From positions 1 through 20,382 of the forward strand of contig CAZLEE010000067.1 in NCBI GenBank assembly GCA_964558455.1: a stretch of 20,382 nucleotides of DNA, given 5' to 3'. Origin of the DNA: an uncultured Verrucomicrobiota bacterium (lineage in GTDB: Bacteria > Verrucomicrobiota > Verrucomicrobiia > Limisphaerales > Palsa-1400). Below are positions 1 to 6,586 of this stretch, piece after piece. The stretch's first letter is position 1. The number at the start of each line of letters is the position of its first letter. Both the position numbers and the translations under genes were made by a program. The notes under the pieces were generated by a model that saw only the letters and a program-made list of their open reading frames with translations, was not told the DNA's origin and did not search any database.

Positions 1-180
1 GCCGATACGCGTCGGCGTCGGCAAAATGTTGCGCTCCATCCAACTCAATGACCACGCCGGTTTCAGCGCTTAAAAAATCCACCTCCATTTTGCCATGTCC
101 ATCGAATGAAATCGGCAATTCCACATTCAGGCGAAAACGACCGGACGTTGCGGGCAGGCTTTGCAGACGACGAAAAAGAA
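1..180 (-). other. DUF559 / Vsr-like endonuclease-fold domain (C-terminal domain of the helicase fusion, truncated by the window edge)
   Basis: Hand translation gives ...LQSLPATSGRFRLNVELPISFDGHGKMEVDFLSAETGVVIELDGAQHFADADAYR. This is the characteristic DUF559 core (VDF...IELDG..H). It continues beyond position 1. Confidence 0.7.
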
Positions 181-2755
181 AGGCTTCGCTGGCGCTCCGG
201 GCACGATCTTCTCCCTTGGCGTTGACATCGGGCGTCCGGGCCGCATGCACGAACAAATTCGCCAGCGGAACATCCACTCCGTCGCGAATGAGCCGGCGAA
301 CGCTGGCGGCGTAATCCTTTTTCCATTCCGGGTCTATCGGAAGCGGAACCTCAGCCGGCCAGCCCGGCAGAGCACTGCCTGGCAGCAGGATGGTGTAGCC
401 AAGTGATTCGTATCCACGGCACCGTCTGTCGAACATTCTGGAAAGCATCGGAACGTTCAGGTCGGCGTAGTCATAGACCCGCACTTCGCGTTTGCCTTCA
501 TGCAGACGATGGAGCCGCCCGACGTACTGCGCAATGGTTCCCCGCCATGAAACCGGCAGGGCCAAAAACAAGGTGTCCAAGCGCGGGTCGTCGAAGCCTT
601 CTCCGATGTATTTTCCCGTGGCCAGAATCACCCGCCCCACACTCCCGGGAATCCGGGCCAATTGCGCAAGGGCGGCGGCTAACACCTTTTTGCCCTGACC
701 TCCTTGCAACAGAATCAAACGCGGGATTTCCGGGGACAGTAGTTGAGCCAAACGTTGCAGGTGTTCTATTCGTTCGGTCAGCACCAAGGGCGACCGCCCC
801 TGGTTGATGGTGCTTACGACGTCTGCGCAAATCATTTGATTGCGCTTGTCGTCATTCCACAAGGCCTCATATAGCTGTTGAAATTCCGCGCGCGGATCAG
901 GCTCGGACACCACTGCCGCGCGAAAACTGGTCGGGCGGACCATGACATGATGCGTGAAAGGCCGCGCCGCCGCCTGGACCTTCGCGTTCACACGATGCCG
1001 AACCGGGCCGCACTGCATGAAAATAATCGGATGGTGCCCGTCCTTGCGGGCCACTGTGGCGGACAAGCCGGTGATGAACTTCGCTTTGGCGCGACGGACG
1101 GCCAATTCAAAGCTGCGCGCTGAAATATGGTGGCATTCATCCACAATCAAATGTCCGTAATCGGCCACGCAATCATCCACCACTTCTTTGCGAACAAGGC
1201 TCTGGATTAATGCCACATCCAATACGCCCGTCAACTTGTTGCGTCCGCCCCCCAATCGCCCGATGCTCTTGGCTGGCAGACCCAGAAACGAGGATAAGCG
1301 GTCAATCCACTGTTCGAGGAGTTGCTGGCGGTGAACTAATACTAATGTGTTGACGCCGCGTTGAGCAATGAGCCAAGCCGCAACCACTGTTTTGCCAAAA
1401 GCCGTGGTCGCAGCCAGAACGCCCGTGTCATGCCCGAGCAACGCCTCAGCCGCTGCTTGCTGCTCAGGCCGCAATGTGCCACAGAAAGAAACGTTCAATG
1501 GAATGCCTCCGTTGCGTTCATCACGTAGAACCGGTTGAATGTGGAGAGACTCAAGCGCCGACTGAACTTCATCCAAACACCCTCGTGGCAGAGCGAAATG
1601 CTTTGGGTGATCCTCAGCGCAAGAAATGATTCTTGGCTTGTTGTAGGTCGGCAGGCGCATGGCTTGCGCGCGATAGAACTCGGGGTTTTGAAACGCGGCC
1701 AAACGCAGCAATCGGTTGCGCAGCCCCGGCGCAAGGTTTTCTTTGGCGATATAGATTTGGTCTCCGAGAATTACCTCGATCTTGTCCGGAAGAGGACCGG
1801 GGATGGGGGGGTCCTTTCGGTGACGTGATGGGGGCGCCGTCCAAGGATTGTCATCATCCTCGTCCGCCATGGCCATGCGCACTCCAATAACCCGTCCTTT
1901 GGAATCCGCGTCACGCACCAAAGCCTCGGCTCGCGCACGGCTCATTCGCCGCACTGAGGCCAGGAAAGCCCATTGATCGGCGTATGGCCCGAACTGTTCG
2001 TCGAGGAAAAGAGTGTTGCCGCGCTGCCTTGCCTGTTTTTGCAGGGGAAGCGCGATCAGATTTCCAAACCCGCCTTTGGGCAGCGTGTCCTGGTTGGGAA
2101 ACAGCCGGTCATAGGAATTAAGGCCAATTTCGGGCCGGTGCTCCATCGTCTCAGTGAGAATGTGCGAACCAAGTTTGCGCGCCAGACTGGCGGAAATAGC
2201 CTCTTCAAAGAAAAACCACACATGGCCGCCGTTGCCGGATCGCGAGCGTTCCAAGACGGCGGGCACGTCCAGCCGTCGGCACATTTCGAGAAACGCGGCC
2301 GCATCCCGCTGCCAATCTTCGCCGTCGAAGTCCACTGCCAGAAAGAAACAAGTCTCGTCCTGCAACATGGCATAGACACCCATGACAAAATTGAGGCCGC
2401 GAGCGTCCCGGCCCGAAAGATGCCAGCCGGTCACTTCGTCAGTGATCTGAAGAAACCGGCGATTGGGACAATCGGCGCATTTGATTCGCGGTTTTTCACA
2501 GACATCCCGAACCCATTCATTGGCGCAGGCGGGCGAATAGCCGGATTTTCCGGTCTTCCGGCTCTCGAAACGGCGGGGATAGACATCCTCTCTGCCCCGG
2601 AAAAGTGATCGAAACAACTTTATCTTGGCAACTGGCGGAGAAAGGTTCGTGATCGCGGTATTTTGAGGTTTTGAAACATCGGCTTCCTGAGTCAGGAACC
2701 GCGCCTCGCTGCCGCTGATTTGGCCGATCGTTTCCACGCGGCAATTATAAGACAC
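1..2755 (-). CDS. Large multidomain protein, 3' end (C-terminus) runs off the left edge of the window. Domains in N-to-C order are a Cys4 zinc ribbon, an AEP-like (LigD-Pol/PrimPol-type) primase-polymerase domain, an SF2 DEAH-box helicase core and a DUF559 (Vsr-like PD-(D/E)xK endonuclease) domain. The start codon is uncertain: in-frame GTG at 2755 and 2737, TTG at 2617.
   Basis: I translated the minus strand by hand. The reading frame whose codon low coordinates are 2 mod 3 is open from position 1 to a double stop (TGATGA) at 2789-2794. It is absent from the ORF track only because it lacks a stop inside the window. Zinc ribbon: CANEWVRDVCEKPRIKCADC at about 2468-2527. AEP motif I: FLAVDFDGEDW, with DxD at 2324-2332. 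AEP motif II, about 30 aa later: RSRSGNGGHVWFFF, with SGxGxH at 2222-2239. A downstream stretch SYDRLFPNQD...GFGNLIALPL resembles AEP motif III and the following strand. Helicase motif I: GVLAATTAFGKTV, with GKT at 1388-1396. Motif II: LIVDECHH at about 1127-1141. Motif III: GLSATV. Motif VI: QYVGRLHR at 506-529. The C-terminus reads FRLNVELPISFDGHGKMEVDFLSAETGVVIELDGAQHFADADAYR at 1-180, which matches the DUF559 consensus (fRRQ..i..y.vDF......IElDG..H). The first roughly 50 codons after the stop are low complexity, so the true start is probably internal. Confidence 0.8.
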   Translation of the reverse strand, partial: MSYNCRVETIGQISGSEARFLTQEADVSKPQNTAITNLSPPVAKIKLFRSLFRGREDVYPRRFESRKTGKSGYSPACANEWVRDVCEKPRIKCADCPNRRFLQITDEVTGWHLSGRDARGLNFVMGVYAMLQDETCFFLAVDFDGEDWQRDAAAFLEMCRRLDVPAVLERSRSGNGGHVWFFFEEAISASLARKLGSHILTETMEHRPEIGLNSYDRLFPNQDTLPKGGFGNLIALPLQKQARQRGNTLFLDEQFGPYADQWAFLASVRRMSRARAEALVRDADSKGRVIGVRMAMADEDDDNPWTAPPSRHRKDPPIPGPLPDKIEVILGDQIYIAKENLAPGLRNRLLRLAAFQNPEFYRAQAMRLPTYNKPRIISCAEDHPKHFALPRGCLDEVQSALESLHIQPVLRDERNGGIPLNVSFCGTLRPEQQAAAEALLGHDTGVLAATTAFGKTVVAAWLIAQRGVNTLVLVHRQQLLEQWIDRLSSFLGLPAKSIGRLGGGRNKLTGVLDVALIQSLVRKEVVDDCVADYGHLIVDECHHISARSFELAVRRAKAKFITGLSATVARKDGHHPIIFMQCGPVRHRVNAKVQAAARPFTHHVMVRPTSFRAAVVSEPDPRAEFQQLYEALWNDDKRNQMICADVVSTINQGRSPLVLTERIEHLQRLAQLLSPEIPRLILLQGGQGKKVLAAALAQLARIPGSVGRVILATGKYIGEGFDDPRLDTLFLALPVSWRGTIAQYVGRLHRLHEGKREVRVYDYADLNVPMLSRMFDRRCRGYESLGYTILLPGSALPGWPAEVPLPIDPEWKKDYAASVRRLIRDGVDVPLANLFVHAARTPDVNAKGEDRARSASEAFLFRRLQSLPATSGRFRLNVELPISFDGHGKMEVDFLSAETGVVIELDGAQHFADADAYR
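506..1490 (-). other. SF2 (DEAH-type) helicase core of the fusion protein
   Basis: Motifs occur in the correct order and with correct spacing. They are a Q-like LRPEQ, Walker A AFGKT, Walker B DECHH, SAT, VILATGKYIGEGFD (motif V-like) and QYVGRLHR (motif VI). Confidence 0.8.
2042..2340 (-). other. AEP (archaeo-eukaryotic primase superfamily; LigD-Pol/PrimPol-like) catalytic domain. Tentative.
   Basis: The motif I to motif II spacing is hhhDhD (LAVDFD) followed about 30 aa later by SGxGxHhhh (SGNGGHVWF). This order and spacing is typical of AEPs, and a motif III-like DRLFPNQD...NLIALPL follows. There is no YxDD and no GS...DxD order, so a reverse transcriptase or Pol-beta nucleotidyltransferase fold is unlikely. 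The call rests on motifs read from the sequence only. Confidence 0.5.
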
Positions 2756-2917
2756 CCGGGATGACGCTGGCGAACTCGTTTTTCGTAATCATCAAGTCAG
2801 GAATTCTCCGGCCTTGACGCTTCCAAAACAACTCGCGTCCCTGCACGATAACCTTTGTGAACAACCGGCGAATAATTCCTGGTTGACTCCGCCATCGGAG
2901 TCGAGATGCTTTGATGC
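2756..2917. promoter_or_regulatory. Divergent intergenic and promoter region between the two helicase genes. It contains two plus-strand TTGAC hexamers (2814-2819 and 2884-2889) and an 8-bp inverted repeat CAGGAATT / AATTCCTG (2798-2805 and 2874-2881).
   Basis: Both features were read directly from the sequence. There is no strong -10 hexamer. Spacing would place any transcription start at or next to ATG 2918, which hints at a leaderless or short-leader mRNA. A perfect TATAAT sits on the minus strand at 2747-2752, but it lies inside the ORF if GTG 2755 is the start. Confidence 0.3.
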
Positions 2918-5662
2918 ATGCAGAACAAAGTGAAATCGGCGCCCGCCGTGCCGTCGCACCATAATTGGCGCACCACCGATGAGGACGAAATCAACCGCCG
3001 CCGGGAGCGCGCACTGAACGAGGATTTCAAAATCACCAACGCCACTCCCGCCCATCCCATTTTCTCCAACTTCCAGGTCAAGTCGGGCAGCGGTCTGACT
3101 TATTCGGTCGAGGTGCGCGATTTGGGCCAGCGCCAGTTTGCCTGCCAATGCGTTGATTTTCGCATCAATGGCTTGGGCACTTGCAAACACGTCGAGGCGG
3201 TCCTGCTTTACTTGCAGGCGCGTTATGCAAGGGCCTTTCGGGCCGCCGGCCAAAAAGGTTCCACTCGCATCGAGGTGCTGCCGGACCCGTTGCACGACAC
3301 CTTGCGTCTGGTCAACGGCCATGGCCCGTTGCCCCCGACTTTGCGCGAATGGTTCAACGACGATGGACAATTGATCGAATCCGCGCCCGAAACCGCGGCG
3401 GAAGCGTTGCGGCGGCTGGCGGCCAGCCAACTGCCCCAACTGCGCGTCTCGCAGGAGTTGGACCCGTGGCTGCAAGCGCGCGGCCAGGCCGCCGAGCGCA
3501 AAGAGTTGCGCCGCCAGTACGAACTCAAAGTGCAGAGCGGCCAATGGCCGGCGCACGAAACCAAAATGCCGCTCTTTCCGTATCAGCGCGAAGGGATGCT
3601 TCACCTGGCCTTTACGGAGCGGGCCTTGCTGGCCGACGAAATGGGCCTGGGTAAAACCATTCAGGCCATTGCCGCCTGCGCTTTGCTCCACCGGATGGGG
3701 AAAGCCCGCCATGTGCTCGTTGTCACACCGGCCTCGCTCAAGAGCGAATGGGAGGAACAAATCCAGCGTTTCACGGCGCTGCCGTACCAACTGGTTTTTG
3801 GCGCCCGCACGCGACGATTGGCCGCTTACGCCAGCGCCCCGTTCTTTACCATCGTCAATTACGAACAAATGCTGGCCGACTCGCTGGACGTGAACACCCG
3901 CCTGCGGCCGGACATCGTGGTGCTGGACGAAGCGCAACGCATCAAAAACTGGAGCGCCAAAACCACCCAGGCGATCAAGCGCCTGCGCAGCCGTTATGCT
4001 TTTATTCTCACCGGCACCCCGATTGAAAACCGTCTTGATGAATTATATTCGCTGATGGATTTCCTGAACCCGTCGCTGCTCGGCCCGCTCTTTCGCTTCA
4101 ACCGCGAGTATTATGAATTGGACGACCGGGGACGGCCCACAGCCTATCGCAACCTCGACAAACTGCGCCAACGCGTCAAGCCCCTCATCCTCCGCCGCCG
4201 CAAAGCGGATGTTGAGACCGAGTTGCCCGAACGCACCGACCGCAACCACTTCGTCCCACTCAGCACGGAACAGCAGGGCGAGTATGACGACCATGAAGCG
4301 GTCGTCGCCAGATTGGCTTCCATCGCCGCGCGCCGTCCCCTGGCCCAACCGGAACAGGACAAGCTGATGCGCCATCTGAACATGATGCGCATGGTTTGCA
4401 ACACCGATTACATCCTGAACCCCGAACACCGCGCCTGCCCCAAAATCAAGGAGCTGGAAAAAATCCTTGAGGAATGCCGCGACAACCAGGACGTCAAGGT
4501 GATCATTTTCTCGGAATGGACGCGGATGCTGGAACTGGCGCGGGATTTGTGTCAGCGGCTCGGACTGGGCTTTGCCTGGCACACAGGCGCCGTCCCGCAA
4601 AAGCGGCGGCGGGCCGAGATCAATCTTTTTAAATCAGACCCGCACTGCCGCGTATTCCTCAGCACCGATTCCGGCGCGGCGGGCCTGAACCTGCAAAACG
4701 CCAGCGTCGTCGTCAACTGCGACCTGCCCTGGAATCCGGCCAAGCTGGAGCAACGCATCGCGCGCGCCTGGCGCAAAAACCAGACCCGCCCCGTCACCGT
4801 CATCAACCTCATTTCTGAAAAAACCATCGAGCACCGCATGCTCGAAACCCTCTCCAACAAGCAGGCATTGTCCGACGGCGTGCTGGACTTCAAAGGAAAG
4901 CTTGCCGAAATCAAACTGCGCAGCGGACGACAGGCTTTCCTGTCCAAGCTTCAGCAATTGATCACCCCGGCGGCGGGGAACCCCGCTGCCGCAATTCCCA
5001 AGCCGCCGCTTCCCGCCGATCGTCCGCTTGGTTTTGCCCAAGCCGCCCATCAGCGGGTCAACGGCGCGTTGTGCCGCTGCGAAGAACGTTACCCGCTGGA
5101 AGGCCCCCATTCGGTGCTCTACGTGGTGGTGGAACGCGACGCCGCGCAATGGCGCGAAAACCTTAATGCCTTGCACCAGGATTACTTTGGCCCCGGGCAA
5201 TCAGACCCTTTGGCGCCGGTACGCCTGGAAGTTGTTGACCGTGCGACGGATGAAGCCTTGCATCGGTTGATTGAGGCGGGACTGGTGGCCCGGACCACCC
5301 GCGCCACCCGTGCGCTCTGGCCATTGGAGGCTGGTCCGGGATCGCCCGCCCCTCTCTCTGACGTGGAACGAGAGAAAGCCGCCGCCCATCGCCAGCGAGC
5401 GGCGCGCAAATTAAAAATGGCCGCGGTCCTGGCCGGTGGAGGCTTGCCCGAGGAAGCCCGCACCGCGCTGCTGGACGCCCTGCTTCCCTTGGGATGCGCC
5501 TTGGCCGTTGAAAACCGCCTGCCGGAACCCGCCTCGTTGCAGGACGCGTTCCTGCCTCCATTGGGCCTGGTTTGGAAGGACGCGTTGTCAATACTGCGGA
5601 GTTTTGTGCAAGACGACTCCCAACCCGTCGCGGCGGCCGCAGCGGCGCTCGAAAGGATTTGA
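2918..5662 (+). CDS. SNF2/RAD54-family DNA-dependent ATPase (helicase-like) with an N-terminal SWIM zinc finger and a C-terminal extension of about 250 aa of unknown function
   Basis: The ORF is 914 aa. The SWIM finger CQCVDFRINGLGTCKHVEAV (CxC...CxH) lies at about 3141-3200. The SNF2_N motifs are LFPYQREGMLHLAFTERALLADEMGLGKTIQAIA (motif I), VVLDEAQRIKNWSAKT (DEAQ box) and FILTGTPIENRL. The helicase-C motifs are KVIIFSEWTRMLE, STDSGAAGLNLQNASVVVNCDLPWNP and QRIARAWRKNQ (motif VI). The first ATG follows an in-frame TGA at 2912-2914. Confidence 0.9.
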   Translation: MQNKVKSAPAVPSHHNWRTTDEDEINRRRERALNEDFKITNATPAHPIFSNFQVKSGSGLTYSVEVRDLGQRQFACQCVDFRINGLGTCKHVEAVLLYLQARYARAFRAAGQKGSTRIEVLPDPLHDTLRLVNGHGPLPPTLREWFNDDGQLIESAPETAAEALRRLAASQLPQLRVSQELDPWLQARGQAAERKELRRQYELKVQSGQWPAHETKMPLFPYQREGMLHLAFTERALLADEMGLGKTIQAIAACALLHRMGKARHVLVVTPASLKSEWEEQIQRFTALPYQLVFGARTRRLAAYASAPFFTIVNYEQMLADSLDVNTRLRPDIVVLDEAQRIKNWSAKTTQAIKRLRSRYAFILTGTPIENRLDELYSLMDFLNPSLLGPLFRFNREYYELDDRGRPTAYRNLDKLRQRVKPLILRRRKADVETELPERTDRNHFVPLSTEQQGEYDDHEAVVARLASIAARRPLAQPEQDKLMRHLNMMRMVCNTDYILNPEHRACPKIKELEKILEECRDNQDVKVIIFSEWTRMLELARDLCQRLGLGFAWHTGAVPQKRRRAEINLFKSDPHCRVFLSTDSGAAGLNLQNASVVVNCDLPWNPAKLEQRIARAWRKNQTRPVTVINLISEKTIEHRMLETLSNKQALSDGVLDFKGKLAEIKLRSGRQAFLSKLQQLITPAAGNPAAAIPKPPLPADRPLGFAQAAHQRVNGALCRCEERYPLEGPHSVLYVVVERDAAQWRENLNALHQDYFGPGQSDPLAPVRLEVVDRATDEALHRLIEAGLVARTTRATRALWPLEAGPGSPAPLSDVEREKAAAHRQRAARKLKMAAVLAGGGLPEEARTALLDALLPLGCALAVENRLPEPASLQDAFLPPLGLVWKDALSILRSFVQDDSQPVAAAAAALERI

Positions 5663-6440
5663 TTAAAATGGTCGGGGCGGTGAGGTCAGGGTTGCGATCT
5701 GGTCGAACGGCGAAAGGCGCGCATTTGGACCAGGGCCGTTTTGAAAAAAGGTTCGCCGAAAAGCTCGTGCCCGGTGCTCTTGGGGGTTTTGGGGGCGAAG
5801 TGATCGTGCCTCAACCAGCCGTCCACCAGCGCGGAGGAAATCCGCCCGCGCGCGGCCCATCGGCCATGTCAATCAAAACGTTGCCCGGGCCGGTGTCAAA
5901 GGCCAGCACGCGCGGCTGGCCGCCTTTGCGCCAATCGAGGGATGTGACGTTGCTGATGCCGCCCAGATTATTGACGCAGACGTGGGTGCCGCGCCGGGCA
6001 AAAACAAATTGGTGAAACAACGTCGCCAGCGGAGCGCCCTGCCCGCCCGCCGCCATGTCGGCTGCGCGAAAATTGCTGACCACCGGCGCGCGCAACGCCT
6101 CCACCAGATAGGCGGGTTCGCCCAGTTGCAACGTGGCCGGCGCATCCGGCGACGGATTATGGAAAACCGTCTGACCGTGCAACCCGGCATAATCCGGGCG
6201 CGCGATTTTTTTCCCCCTGGGCCGGGCGTGCAAGGCGTAAAAGCGGCCCAAATCATGGTGCAATTGCGCGAGCGGATAGCAGGACAAATCGCCTCGCGCC
6301 GCGGCGTGCAGGGCGGCCCGGAGCGGTTTGGGAAAGTCGGCGGACCAGAGATGAAGCAACCGGATGGCTTTGCCGTCGATTGAAGGCTGAAGACTAAAAT
6401 AAAACGTGGCGTAATCGGAGAAGGCGTCAGACCAGAGCAC
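5663..6440 (-). pseudogene. anmK: anmK (anhydro-N-acetylmuramic acid kinase) remnant. It is truncated at the 3' end, frameshifted, and has a degenerate N-terminal phosphate-binding loop.
   Basis: ORF 5811..6440 (GTG start) translates with a strong match to the AnmK core: GLHGQTVFHNPS...ATLQLGEPAYLVEALRAPVVSNFRAADMAAGGQGAPL...VCVNNLGGISNVTSL...VLAFDTGPGNVLID. The frame then ends in an unrelated 20 aa. A different frame (5663..5872) carries AnmK-like ...FDQIATLTS and stops at 5663, which is exactly where the convergent SNF2 gene ends. The roughly 100 C-terminal residues of AnmK are absent in every frame. The N-terminal loop reads FSLQPSIDG instead of the canonical GxMSGTSLDG. Confidence 0.7.
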
Positions 6441-6510
6441 GGTTCGTTTGAGGGTTGACTAAGAGTGCGAAAAAGTTATAGGCGCATCATGCCAAGGCAG
6501 TTGCAAGTGC
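6441..6510 (+). repeat. Copy A of a conserved ~70-bp element. It reads GGTTCGTTT...TTGACT-N16-TATAGG...ATGCCAAGGCAGTTGCAAG.
   Basis: It aligns to copy B (8803-8870). The core TTGACTAA(A)GAG.GCG/CGTAAAAAGTTATA is about 90% identical. Flanking GGTTCGTTT and a downstream ATGCC..G..AGTTGC..G are also conserved. The -35 TTGACT is at 6455-6460 and the -10 TATAGG is at 6477-6482 with a 16-bp spacer. Confidence 0.7.
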
Positions 6511-6586
6511 AGTGCATCAGTCCTCACTTTTTAAACCATCCTGTTTACGCCTCCACACGTCCACCGCCACCGCTCCCGCCGCCAGA

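Noticed and set aside
1973-2608. 211-aa plus-strand ORF and other small ORFs in the region 48-2744
   Set aside because: All lie inside the hand-translated minus-strand helicase fusion gene, whose motifs are unambiguous. They are antisense or out-of-frame artefacts.
2792-3937. 381-aa minus-strand ORF overlapping the SNF2 gene
   Set aside because: It is antisense to a strongly supported SNF2 CDS. Its composition is Arg/Gly/Gln/Leu-rich, which is typical of spurious antisense ORFs in GC-rich DNA. It merely shares the frame that continues into the helicase gene after a double stop.
6491-6510. Possible sigma54 promoter (TGCCAAG-N4-TTGCA; copy B reads TGCCGCG-N4-TTGCG)
   Set aside because: The spacing to TTGC is right, but the nearly invariant GG of the -24 element is replaced by GC in both copies. 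I therefore do not call an RpoN promoter.
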